64,000 nt of DNA. Source: Isurus oxyrinchus. Its lineage: Eukaryota. The notes under the pieces were generated by a model. That model was not told the DNA's origin. It searched no databases and worked only from the letters and a program-made list of their open reading frames with translations. Below are positions 1-12,240 of this stretch, piece after piece (within the stretch, counting starts at the first letter, position 1; every line of letters begins with the position of its first letter). The DNA lies in contig JANJGN010000036.1 in assembly GCA_026770705.1 (NCBI GenBank), positions 1,860,001-1,924,000 of the forward strand, given 5' to 3'. A program made the position numbers and the translations under genes.

Positions 1-168
1 TAGAAATACAAAAAATACACAAACTATTTGAACAATGATGGTAAGTGAGTGTCCCAGTGGAGATACCGAAGGATCCAAATTAAAGACTTTGGGAATGTGT
101 TGCTCTAGTGGTTAATTCAGAGACATTGCCGGCAGCGTGAAGGGACAGATCACTTCACACAACAGCAC

Positions 169-232
169 ATGAACATATTTTACAATTTCAGGAAAACATA
201 TAACATGATTCTCACCGTCATTGGTGTTTCTG
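169..232 (+). pseudogene. Isolated first coding exon of a GPR139-like (shark-expanded class A) GPCR paralog; second exon not found in the window
   Basis: ATG at 169 gives MNIFYNFRKTYNMILTVIGVS+G then GTAAGT (phase-1 donor at 233). Length, phase and the I/V-G-V-P/S-G|gt ending match exon 1 of the GPCR at 61106-61175. Confidence 0.6.
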
Positions 233-954
233 GTAAGTTACTGCAACCATTGCCGTTGTATGGTGTTTATGGATTTACTCTGTGACTGAAAAAGTTCCAC
301 GCTCTTTTAGATTTGATGCTTATCCACACATGAGTCCACTGATATAATTTCAATAATTCAAAACTCCTTAATTATCCCCATGACTTGATTCCATTGCCTC
401 ACTTGAAAATGAACCTTTGTTTGTAGCTCCCAGGATCTCTGAATAGTCCAGTTACTTGCTTCTTTTGAGAATTGCATAATGTTGTATCAACTTTCAGTGC
501 AGCCCTGAGGGAAACTCGGCGTGGGAGTCTCAGTCAGTGTGTTTTCACACTGCGTGAGGCCCACTAAATAGAGTGAAGCAAACGACCCCAGTGACCAAGG
601 GTTAATGGGAGTGTCTGTTACTGTAGAGCTGCACGAAGAAACATGGAATCATTGAAAGTCTACAGCACAGAAAGAGGCCACTCGGCCTATCTTGCCTGCG
701 TAGGCCTCAAAACCTGGCACCCTGGGAGCCACCTTAGCCTGGGGATTAACTGGATGATTAGACCTGAATGCGGCATGTGTCACTAGAGGTATCTGTCAGT
801 GTGGAGTTATGCAGAACCTGCGTGGAACATCTGGGCCCAGTGTATCATGTATCATTGGAAGTCTTTATCTGTGAAGAACTTTTTGAAATGTGGGTCTCTA
901 ACTGGAGTGGGACACCTGATGCTGATGCCTGTCCATTATTGAGAGTAGAAATTC

Positions 955-1148
955 AGAATGTGCTGGAAATTCTCAACAGGTCAGGAAGCATTTGTAGAGA
1001 GAGAAACAGTTTTAATGACTAGAGTCAAATATTCAATTCAAAATCTCAAATCCGCTTCGCTCTCCGCAATTGCTTCCAGACCTGTTGAGTATTCTTTGCA
1101 CTGTATATTTTGTTTCAGATTTCCAGAATCCATAGTGATTTGTTTCCA
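955..1148. mobile_element. Old, diverged copy of the palindromic element family seen at 7841-8082
   Basis: tgctggaaattctcaacaggtcaggaagca ... tgcttccagacctgttgagtattc ... tttcagatttccaga: degenerate inverted arms homologous to the young copy. Confidence 0.65.
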
Positions 1149-2169
1149 TTGTTGGGAGCATTCTTCCTTGTAGAGCTTAGCTCAGTTCTGTTCCCTAACG
1201 GGAGCCAAACCCCTGACTCCAGTGATCATTTATTACCGGGCGTGTTTGTGACTGTAGATTGAGAGGTAGGGCGTGTCAGGAAACTGAGCAGAAATCCTGA
1301 TCCGAAAGAGCATGTATTAGTGGGAGTACTGATCTTTGTGAAATTGTACTGAGGTAGGGTTGCTAACAGCACTGGAGGAAACTGACCCCTGTGATGATGT
1401 GGCACTGGGAATAATTGTCATTCTAGCATTGAACTAAGTGTGGGTCTCAACAGACGTGAAGCAAGTTAGTTACATGCTAAATCATTGTTTCAGGAAACTG
1501 AACGCCCTGGATATACTTTTGTATTTTGTTATTGATTAGAAAGGCGAATGTTTTCACTGTTGGTTGATATTTGGTAATAAGTTCATCAATTGTAATTTTG
1601 ATGCTGTTCTGTCCCCTAATCAAATGTGCTTTTACCTTTTGACTAACGGGTAAGCAGAAGAAGAACAATGCTACTTTATTTAGTCCCTCGTTAAAATTAT
1701 GTATAGTTCGTATAAGCAAAGTAATTCTAAAGACTGTTGTTGCTTTGGTGCTTATACATCAGGCCACTATCCCTGGCCCAGTGCAGAAAAGTGAGATAAT
1801 TTATGTTCAAGGGTGCTTAAGTATAGTTTCTTTCTACCACAGGGTTTAAACTGGGAACTGGTTCTTAATTATTTTAGGTTTGTGACTGATTAGGTTGTTC
1901 AAAACCAATTCGTGTATCTGTTTAAGAGTCTCCACACATGTAAACTGCTCATCATCCACTTATAGCTCAGTGAGGTGTGTCCCTCGGAGGAGACAATCCT
2001 AGAACGGATGAACATAGGCTTCATGCTTTCCCCAGACAGGAAATAGCGAGAGAACAGTAAAAGTAACATTGCTAAGTGGATAATAATGCAATAAATAGCA
2101 CACTACGGCAATAAATATCACTTTCAAATATTAGGAAATAACTGACATGTGTTAGAAAGATCCAATGTC

Positions 2170-2700
2170 CCGACATTCTAGGTAAAAACGTTTCTCTGGA
2201 GTTCACTCTTGTATTCAATGGAGGCTCTCCTACATTAATTAACTGCACATTCCATCTTTCTACCAAAGGGTAGTATTGTCCTCATATTTTCCCTCTCAAT
2301 CCCCTTGACATTTTAAAGTTCTCCGTTTCATTATTCCTCAGTTTTCTGTTTTCTAGAGATTAGAGTCACAGCCAGTTACTCGTCCTAACAGTTATCATCT
2401 CTCGGATATGACATTACTCTTGAGAATAATATTTGCACTTCTGTAAAGTTTTGGTCTCGATTTCGTAATGTGAAGGCCAAAAATGTAGACAGGACCATTT
2501 ACATAGTGTAGTTCGGGTGCCATAAATGATTAAATATAATCTTTCCAATGTTATTCTTCTTTGCCTATTAATGAACCCCAGTTCTTTGATCGCATCTTCA
2601 CTGTTTTGTTAGACCTCATTTGTGACTTGAATCACTTGTGACTCTCTTCCCCTCAAAACCTGTTCCCCGTTGTTTAGTTTATGATTTGTTTGCCACGTTT
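2170..2700 (-). mobile_element. Highly decayed CR1-like LINE 3' fragment (approximate limits)
   Basis: Weak antisense resemblance to the CR1 3' ends elsewhere in the window (ccccttgacattttaaag, ttttctagaga, gtgaaggccaaaaatgtagaca). Confidence 0.4.
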
Positions 2701-3217
2701 TACCTTAAGTATATTCAAATTTGTATTATTCATTCTTTCAACTCTTATTTGAGATCAATTGCTCCCTTTCAGGTTTCCCTTCGTTTTCTGCATCTGAATC
2801 CTCAACAACTGTTCATTATTCTTCAATTGGCCAAAGAGGGTTCTTGCCTTAGAATTTGAAGTTGCTCTCTGGATGCCCATTGATATTTCGACTCATGCCA
2901 GTCCGCCCTCTCTGCACCCAAGGCAAGAAGCTGCCCTTAAGCTGCTATATGGCTGGATCTTTCCTGACCTACAACATTTGTCCTTTACCACAACCAGTTT
3001 CCCTTGACTACCTCTCATGCTTCCCTTTTGAGAGTCCCATTTGAGCTGTATTATTTTGTTTTGGTTCATCTACAACCCACTTTGGAAATCCTTTCCTTAT
3101 TACTGGCTATGCATTGCTGAGGTTTCCTGCTTCAACCTTTGTTTTTCCAGCATTTTCATGACCTTATCACTCCCAGTCCCTTCTTAACCAGACCCAACCA
3201 TGTCCATTCTATTTCCA

Positions 3218-3266
3218 GGTAATTCTGTTTTTGTTTTGGATTTCCAGCATCCGCAGTTTTCTTTGT
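3218..3266 (+). mobile_element. Short 5'-truncated insertion of the same young element family, with an 11-bp target-site duplication
   Basis: ggtaattctgtttttgttttggatttccagcatccgcagttttctttgt matches the reverse complement of ~7845-7893. Flanked by ttctatttcca at 3207-3217 and 3267-3277. Confidence 0.8.
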
Positions 3267-4539
3267 TTCTATTTCCAACATTGTTGCCCTCGCAGTCAAA
3301 ACCTGCAGAGGGAGCACTTGTCCAGAGAGATTTCTTTTCCACTCTGTCTTGTGTTCACATCTTCTCTCGCTGTCAATAGAAGTTCTTGCAGATCTGTCCA
3401 CATAATCAAATGATTCATTCCTCAGGAAGAGTGAGAGAGAGAGGGAAAATAAATTGGTTACAAAATATCAAAAGATTCAGATGAAATTTGAATCAGCAAG
3501 ATTCAGCAATCTGCATAACAAGAGCCAAAGCGCCATTTGTAATTTTCATACACAATCACCCTGTACCTGCCAAATATCATCTCCCAATCTACATGTGTGT
3601 TCATCTAAACCTAATATTTCCTCAAGTAAATTATGTTCAGTCACGAAATATTGTTGTCCATCTCTCAACTAGCATTCATTTCAAAGGCTTCCAGCGTCAG
3701 TCAAAATCCTTTGAATCCCTAAATATTTCTTGTCCTACTCTCAAAGTATGTTAATCAAAAAGTCTTCTGTTAGCATGTAAACGCATGCAAATCCCTAAAT
3801 ATCTTTCTGCTTCCTCTTCACGCTACCTGCACCGGCCATTAAAGACTCTGAGATATTTGCATTATTCTAATTCTCTGCTCTTGCGCAGCCCTTATCTTAA
3901 CTGTTCAAGGTTACTCCCGTGCCTTTAGCTGCTTTGACACTAAGCTCTAGAATTAGTTTCCCAAACATCTCCGCATCCCTAAATCTCTTTCCTGTTCTAA
4001 GCTGTCCCTTTAATTCTGGTTTTTATCAAGTTTCTAGTCATCTGACCTAATATCAACTTGTGTAGTTCAATGTTAAGCGTTCAATAAAATTCTGTGAGAA
4101 ATAATGTTTTTGCAAAGTGCCTAGGAACATTTGAACGGGGGAAGGCTATTCAGCCCGTCGAGCATGCACCACCAATCAATGCGATCACAGCTGATCAAAC
4201 ACTTCAATGCTGTTTACCCACACTATCCCCATAGCGCTTTACATTATGGTTAATCATAAATCTATCAATCTGAGGGTGTTTTGCTGCTTTAAACACATTT
4301 TACAAATGTAAACTATTGTTACCCTGACTGACCAAATTCTCAAAGTACTGGCACAATATGGAATGCATACAGATTGAACTCAATCTATGCTGTACCATCA
4401 ATTCTCCTCATGGCAGGAACGGAATTATTTACATCAAGATTAAAGCTCCCTTTGCACCTCCCAGTCAAATGGCCCGGGGAAGGAGTGCGGCGTTAATGCA
4501 GAGATGTGCACCCTCAATCATAACCAATGAAAGACTTCT

Positions 4540-6170
4540 ATGAAATGTAAAAGTGCATGTGTTAACTGCAGAGTTTAGTTCCTTGTACACGGTCACCTCA
4601 AAGCTTTCCACAGTTAGATACAGCACTGTTAAAACACAGAGAACCCGCTCCACGCTCTCCTATTTAACACGAAATCTCAAAATGTACAGTGCAGGTTAGA
4701 TGCATATTAATCATTCTTCTAAACTCTAAGATCGTAAAGCATAACTTAAATACAGATTAATCTTCTCCAGAAATGTCACATCAGCCATGGTCTGAGCAAG
4801 GGTTCAATTCTGATTTAAACTCCATTTGCATCATCCCATCAAATTATGCAAGAACAGGTGAAGCACAGGTTAGATACAGAGTAAAACTGCCTCTATACAC
4901 TGCTCCACTAAACACTCCTGTGGAAGATACAACAGGGGTTGGTTACAGAGTAAATTCCCTCTTTACACTGTTCACTAAAGCACCCCATTGACATTTAGCA
5001 GGGGTTAGACATAGCTTAGGTACAGAGGCACGTCTGTCCCTTCAAATGCTGCCAGGAATGATGTGGAACCGGATAGGTGCAGCATAATGTTCCCTCCACA
5101 CTGGATGACAATTACAAGGGCAAGTTAAGCATGGCTTTGATGCAGTGTACAGTTCACTTTTAAATGTCACAACATCAAATCATGGAAGGTATAGCTTGAT
5201 GATAAATTGCTTACAAGAGCTTCAGCACTTCCCCTTTACATTTAAGGCATGTACAGCTGGGTACACATAGAAGTGTAATGCCTCCTTTACACTATCTCTG
5301 AAACATCTCAGGGCAGGCGCAGCACCCCGTAGGCACACAGTAACGTTGTCTCTATTTTGTCCCATCAAACATCCAATTCAGTTACAGAACAGGTTAGATG
5401 CGGAGTAAATTTCATTGGATGCTCTGAGATCAGCTTCGTGAAAAATCAAGCAGCTCTTGGACAGAGAATAAATCTCCTGCTGTACAGTCCCATCAAACTA
5501 AACCAAGGCGTGCTGATCTAACACAGATGGATAAAGAATAAAACTCACTCAACAATGTCACATAAAACACTCCCAGGACAGGCACAGCAAGAGGTTAGAT
5601 ACTGACTAAATCTCCCTCAACACTGCCCCCATCACTTCCCCCAGGACAGCTGCAGCACAGGGTTAGATACAGAGTAAAACTCCCCTTGCACTGTCCTCAT
5701 CAAACACTCCCAGGGCAGGTATAGGACGGGGTTAGAAACAGAGCAAATCTCTCTCTACACTGTCCACATCAAACTCTCCCAGGGCATGTAAAGCAGAGGG
5801 TTAGATACTGAGTAATGCTTCCTCTACACTGGCCCCTTCAAACACTTGCAGGGTAGATACAGCATGGGGTTAGATACAGAGCAAAGATCCCTCTACACTG
5901 CTCCATCAAATACTCCCAAGCGGGTACTGTAGCAGTTAAATACAGATTACATCCTCATCGACAATGCCCCATCGAACATCAATATGCTCAGGACCGAACG
6001 GGCCGGATAGAGAGACAAAGTCTCTGTGCTCTGTCCCATGAAAAACCCCAGGACAATTATAGCATGCTTGAGACACAGAATAAAGCAACCTCCATATTGT
6101 CCCACCAACATTCACATGAATGGTCAAGAAGAGCTTCAAGTAGCTTAAGACTCATTCTATAATGCCACAT
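4540..6170 (+). repeat. ~69-bp minisatellite (cactcccaggacaggtacagcacggggttagatacagagtaaagctccctctacactgtccccatcaaa)
   Basis: Unit starts recur at about 5568, 5635, 5705, 5774 and 5843, decaying toward both ends. Confidence 0.85.
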
Positions 6171-7030
6171 CAAATGATCCTCAATGAAGTACCACTCCAC
6201 AATCAGCACTGCCTGGTTCTGCGCTCCAGTGCGGTGAGGAGAACTTTGTAACAAACTGTTTCACCAAATAGGTCCAATCCTAGACCCAGGGGATGTGTCC
6301 AGTCCCCGGTTTTCAAAACAAGTGCTCATGACAGAGTCTTAGAGCCCAAAGTGAGATCTTTGCCTGAGATAATTCCAATGTGGTTGGATGACTGTGTTTA
6401 GTGGACTCGAGTGGGTCTGGAAGCACTTCTGCTTCTGCTATTTCATAAGAAGTGATGCAAAGACACTTGCTATCTCTCCAAAACTGTCCTCAGCTCTTTT
6501 CAACTCCTGCAGTTCTGAGGTGTGGAAATCACAACTGTTCAATGAAAAACCGTAAACTGTGTTAGAATAGAATTTGTCAGCCTTATTAATATATCTGTTC
6601 TGCCATATTGCCTCCTGCATGCGGTCCCCTACTTGTCCACTCTCCCTACCGTGTAAAACATTGAAGTGAGGCAGCTGGAGGCAGTTTGAAGATGCTTTTG
6701 AGATTCCTACTGGGCATTGCACAGAGGGACAATGGCTTGAGTGGGGGTGGAGATCTGGGAATATTATTATGCAGCGCTCTCAGTCTGGTCTCTGTAACAC
6801 ATCGCATCAGAGAATGCTTGATATGGAATGAGAATTGTAAATCTAGCCAATATATAAATGTATTGAAGTCCCTCAGAGTGCCACACACTAAATTGAAAGA
6901 GAGTGAACTGTATTGCACTTTATGTCAATGTGGGAGCCATGTAATGCACCCTCACAGATTGCTTAAATAAAGCGTATTCTTTGGAAAGCTAGTTGCAGTT
7001 CCCAGCCTTGTCGTAAGGTACAATAATGGA

Positions 7031-7032
<2 letters not shown>

Positions 7033-7088
<56 letters not shown>
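7033..7088. repeat. (TG)n microsatellite
   Basis: Uninterrupted TG run. Confidence 0.95.
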
Positions 7089-7840
7089 TGGGTACAGCCC
7101 AAAGAATGCAGGGTCCTCGGGGATGAGCCTGGGCAGAAACCAATGCAGCTCAATCCAGGGCAGCTTGGTGAATGTACATCACAACATTTCCCAGCTGTCC
7201 TGTTCCTCCATCTGATCACAGGGCATCTGCACGTTAATTCTTCACCCCTCCCCCGTCTCCAGCTCCTTGTGTCCAATGTATTCAGTGCCTAAACTCCTGC
7301 CAGCCCTGATCTCAGATCCCTGTCTTGAAACATGAAGCCTGTTGCAATCTCATTGGCACCGATACGGTTTGAACTAGAAAAAGCTGCATCACTCAGGGTG
7401 TCCAATGGACACAAGAGGCTGTCTGGTCATTAGAAATGTAGTCAGTAACAAACACTATTGGAAGAAAGTGATGAAGTTTGAACCTTATGGAATGTAATAT
7501 AATCTTTACCTGGTTTAATCCAGTGGGAACAAGTATTGGAAGGAATGTTCCTGAGCTGCTCTCTGCTAAATTTAAATTTGCATCTCTCTCAGCTCCATTG
7601 TTCGTGAGGTGTAAGGCTGGTGTGGAGGGTGGACTGGGGGAATGGAAAGACAGACAGAGAGATTGCCCTGGGCTAAACCATTTGCCTGGTGTGTTTCACC
7701 CCTCCCCGTCAGATTCCTGTTGGGCTGTTCCCCACCGGGGGGTAGGTGTGTCTCAGGTGTAGAGAGCTGTAAGCCGGTTGGATGGGAGAGATTTGGGCAG
7801 TGTGGTGAGTGTTTGAGAGACAGATATGGGGATATAAAAT

Positions 7841-8082
7841 AAAAACAAAGAAAACTGCGGATGCTGGAAATCCAAAACAAAAACAGAATTACCTGGAAAA
7901 ACTCAGCAGGTCTGGCAGCATCGGCGGAGAAGAAAAGAGTTGACGTTTCGAGTCCTCATGACCCTTCGACAGAACTCGAAGGTTCTGTCGAAGGGTCATG
8001 AGGACTCGAAACGTCAACTCTTTTCTTCTCCGCCGATGCTGCCAGACCTGCTGAGTTTTTCCAGGTAATTCTGTTTTTGTGT
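7841..8082 (-). mobile_element. Young non-autonomous palindromic retroelement (probably Penelope-like-derived) with perfect 99-bp inverted arms and a 14-bp TSD
   Basis: Arms 7877-7975 and 7982-8080 are exact reverse complements around a 6-nt spacer. Direct repeat tggggatataaaat at 7827-7840 and 8083-8096. Confidence 0.85.
7981..8020 (+). ncRNA. Minimal type I hammerhead-ribozyme-like motif with a core variant (mirror copy on the - strand at 7937-7977)
   Basis: CTGTCGA (7985-7991; consensus CUGANGA with A6 changed to U), A, stem II GGGTC/GACTC, GAAA (8008-8011), CG, TC (putative cleavage after 8015), AACTC. On the - strand stem I is a perfect GAGUU/AACUC. Confidence 0.55.
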
Positions 8083-8639
8083 TGGGGATATAAAATGCCT
8101 CGAGCATCCATTGTTTGTTCTCTCGACCCTGCAGCATTGGGTAAGTAACATTGTCTGAGGTGAGGTTTGTATATCTGTCTGTCTGTCTGTTGTCTGAACC
8201 ATGAACCAAGTCCCTGCTCTGGTCTTTTAAACTCCCCAACCAGCCCAAACCCCCAGGCCCAGTGTCTCTTCCACACCATGGGAGGAGATGGAAGGAGTGT
8301 GAGTCATTCAAAGGAAATCAGAACCGGTATATTGGTGAGTATGAAACTCTTTAATTTCTCTGCTTCTCACTCTCTCTGTCTTTCTGCCACACTCTCTCTA
8401 CCTCTACCTCTTTCCCCTCACTCTCTCTCTGCCTCTGCCTCTCTCTCTCTCTGCCTCTATGTTTCTGTCTCTCTGTCTCACTCTCTCTGTCTTTCTCTCT
8501 CTGCCACACTCTCTCTGCCTCCCTCTGCCACACTCTCTCTCTCTGCCTCACTCTGTCTTTTTCCATCTGTCTTTACCCCTCTGTCTTTTCTCCTCTGTCT
8601 TTTCCCCAGTCTTTTTCCCTCTGTCATTTCTCTTTTTCC

Positions 8640-11350
8640 CTGACTTTTTCCGTCTGAAATTTTCCCTCTGTCTTTTACCCTTTTTCCCTCTCGTACTCTA
8701 TTCCCTCTCTCACTCTATTCCCTCTCTGTCTGCTCTCCATCCTCTCTCTCTGTCTAACTCCCCTCCTCTTTAATCTCTCTGCTGAATTCTCCTCCCCTTC
8801 TCTAATTCCCTCTGACTAACTCCTCTCAAACTCCACCAACCCCTAATTTACTCATTTTCCTTCTGTCTTTTCCCCTCTCTTTTTTCCTTCCCCCTCTCTC
8901 ACTCTATTCCCTCTCTCACTGTACTCCCTCTCTCACTCTATTCCCTCTCTGTCTCCCCTCCCTCCTCTCTGTCTAACTCCCCTCATCTCTAACCTCTCTG
9001 CTTAACTCCCCTCCCCCATTCTCTAATTCCCTCGTGTCTAACTCCTCTCAAAGTCCACACCTTCCCTGTCCAACTCCACCCCTTCCCTGTCCAACTCCAC
9101 CCCCTTCCCTGTCCAATTCCACCCCCTTTCCTGTCAAGCTCTCACATCCCTCTCCTGTGTCTAATTCCCTGTCCTGTGTCTAATTCCCTGTCCTGTGTCT
9201 AATTCCCTCTCCTTTTATTCCCTTTCCTATGTCTAATTCCCTCTCCTATATCTAATTCCCTCTCCTGTGTCTAATTTCCCCCTCCTGTGTCTAACATCCT
9301 CTCCTGTGTCTAACATCCTCTCCTCTGTCTAACATCATCTCCTGTGTCTAATTCCCTTTCCTGTGTCTAATTCCCTCTCCTGTGTCTCATTCCCTCTCTC
9401 AAATTCGCTCTCTCTCTGTCTAATTCCCCCTCTCTAATTATTCTCTGTCTCTGGCTAATTTCCCTTTTTCTGTCTGTCTTTTCTCTTTTTCCGTGTCTTT
9501 TTCCCTCTGAAATTTTCCCTCTGACTTTTCCTTTTTCCCTCTATCGTCTTTTTCCTCTCTCTATTCCCTCTCGCTCCCTCTCTATTCTCTCCCTCTTTTC
9601 CCCTGCCACACATTCCTCACCCCCGCACTTTCTCTATTCAGGGTCTCCCCTCCTCTCCCTGTCTAACTCAGTCTCTCGGTCTAACTCCCCCTCCCCCTCT
9701 GTCTAACTCCCCCCGACTCTCCCTAACTCCCCTCCTCTCTAACTACCCTCCCCCTTGTCTTCCCCCCCGTCTAACTCCTCTCCAACTCTCTAAGTCCACA
9801 CCCCCTCCCTGTCTAACAACCCCCTCTTTTTTTCATCCCCATCCTCTTTCTAATTCCCTTGTCTAATTCTCCCCTCCTGTCTAATTCTCCTGTACTGTGT
9901 CTAATTCCCTCTCCTGTGTCTAATTCCCTCTCCTGTGTCTAATTCCCTCTCCTGTGTCTAATTCCACTCTCTCCTGTGTCTAATTCCACTCTCTCCTGTG
10001 TCTAATTCCACTTTCTCCTGTGTCTCATTCCACTCTCTCCTGTGTCTCATTCCACCCTGTCCTCTGTGTATTTCCACCCTGTCCTGTGCCTAATTCCATT
10101 CTCTCCTGTGTCTAATTCCACTCTCTCCTGTGTCTAATTCCACTCTCTCCTGTGTCTAATTCCCTCTCCCGTGTCTAATTCCCTCTCCTGTGTCTAATTG
10201 CTCTCTCTCCTGTGTCTAATTCCACTCTCTCCTGTGTCTAATTCCCTCTCCTGTGTCTAATTCCCTCTCCTGTGTCTAATTCCCTCTCCTGTGTCTAATT
10301 CCCTCTCCTGTGTCTAATTCCCTCTCCTGTGTCTAATTCCCTCTCCTGTGTCTAATTCCCTCTCCTGTGTCTAATTCCACTCTCTCCTGTGTCTAATTCC
10401 ACTCTCTCCTGTGTCTAATTCCCTCTCCTGTGTCTAATTCCCTCTCCTGTGTCTAATTCCCTCTCCTGTGTCTAATTCCACTCTCTCCTGTGTCTAATTC
10501 CCTCTCCTGTGTCTAATTCCCTCTCCTGTGTCTAATTCCCTCTCCTGTGTCTAATTCCACTCTCTCCTGTGTCTAATTCCACTCTCTCCTGTGTCTAATT
10601 CCACTCTCTCCTGTGTCTCATTCCACTCTCTCCTGTGTCTCATTCCACCCTGTCCTCTGTGTAATTCCACCCTGTCCTGTGTCTAATTCCATTCTCTCCT
10701 GTGTCTAATTCCACTCTCTCGTGTCTAATTCCATTCTCTCCAGTGTCTAATCCCACTCTCTGCTGTGTCTAATTACTCTTTGTCTAATTTCTCTTTTTCC
10801 CTCTGACTTTTCGTTTTTCCCTCTGACCTTTTCCCTCTGACTTTTCCCTTTTCCCCCTGACTTTTCCCTCTGAAGTCTTTGCCCTCCCCCTATTCCATCC
10901 CTCTCTATTCCTTCTCTCCCTCACTCTATTCCCTCTCTCTAACTCCCTTCCTCTTTCTGTCTAACTCCCCTCCCCTCCTCTGTCTAATTCCCCTCCCCTC
11001 CTCTGTCTAACTCCCTCCCCCTATTCTCCCTAACTCCCCTCCTCCACTTCTCTAATTCCACCACCCCCGTCTAACTCCACTGCAACTCCCTGTCCACCAC
11101 CCTTTCCCTGTCTAACAACCCCTTCTTTGTCTCATCACCATCCTCTGTCTAATCTCCATGTCTGATTCTCCCTCCTGTCTAATTCACACTCCTTTCTAAT
11201 TCCCCTTTCTGTCTAAATTCCCACCCCCCCATCTAATTCCCCCTCTCTAATTACTCTCTCTCTCTCTCTAATTCCCTCCCTCTCTGTGTCTAAATCCCCA
11301 TCCTATCTGTCTAATAACCACCCCCCCCCCCACAATGTGTCTAATTCTGC
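8640..11350 (+). repeat. Pyrimidine-rich minisatellite region; core 19/22-bp unit (tccctctcctgtgtctaat / tccactctctcctgtgtctaat) at ~9150-9400 and ~9890-10770
   Basis: Many near-perfect tandem copies, flanked by repeated degenerate ctaactcccc blocks. Confidence 0.9.
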
Positions 11351-11664
11351 CCACCATCTGTCTAATTCCCCCTGCCCCAAGCCCTCACCCTGGATTTTAA
11401 TGGCCCCTCTAACCCAACCCCAGCCCCCAGTGAGGGAGCAGAGACACTGAGAGGGAAAGATGGCACAGGGCTGGAATTAGGCTCGGTGTCATAGTGCAAA
11501 CTGGGTGCTTGGCAATGGCTGCTCCCTTTACACATCCACCCCCCTTTTTCCACAAATCAATGGGAATAAAACTCGGGAGAGATGGAAAACAGGATGATCC
11601 GGATCATTCTCGCCCCGACAACATCATGGCAATGAATCCAACTCTCCCCCTGAGAGCAGAGATA

Positions 11665-12240
11665 GTCAGAGATGGGCAGACAGAGAGAGAGCAAGGGATA
11701 GGCGAACAGAGAGAGCGAGAGATGGGCAGAGAGGGAGCGAGAGATGGGCAGAGAGGGAGTGAGAGATGGGCAGACAGAGAGAGAGCGAGAGATGGGCAGA
11801 CAGAGAGAGCGAGAGATGGGCAGACAGAGAGGGGGCGAGAGATGGGCAGACAGAGAGGAGCGAAATGGGCAGACAGAGAGAGTGTGAGATGGGCAGACAG
11901 AGCACAAGATGGGCAGACAGAGAGAGCAAGGGATGGACGAACAGAGAGAGCGAGAGATGGGCAGAGAGGGAGTGAGAGATTGGCAGAGAAGGAGTGAGAG
12001 ATGGGCAGAAAGAGAGAGAGTGAGAGATGGGCAGACGGAGAGAGCGAGAGATGGGCAGACAGAGAGCGAGAGATGGGCAGACAGAGAGCGAGAGATGGGC
12101 AGACAGAGAGAGCATGAGATGTAGAGAGTGAGAGCAAGAGATGGGCAGACAGAGAGAGCGAGAGATGCACAGAGTGAGAGCGAGAGTGTAAAGAGAGAGA
12201 CTGAGAGATGGGCAGGCAGAGAGAGCGAGAGATGTAGAGA
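11665..12240 (+). repeat. 22-24-bp purine-rich minisatellite (gagatgggcagacagagagagc)
   Basis: Tandem copies; explains the overlapping repetitive ORFs on both strands. Confidence 0.9.

Noticed and set aside
6438-6722. 94-aa minus-strand ORF in unique sequence
   Set aside because: No recognisable domain or consistent exon chain.
8111-8146. Possible 6-nt plus-strand micro-exon (ccctgcAG|CATTGG|GTAAGT)
   Set aside because: No partner exons or host gene could be identified; such short matches occur by chance.
7889-8311. ORFs across the palindrome; DNA-transposon MITE or miRNA interpretation
   Set aside because: No coding features. The variable long TSDs and asymmetric truncation fit retrotransposition better, and a perfect repeat-derived 99-bp stem is not evidence of a miRNA gene.
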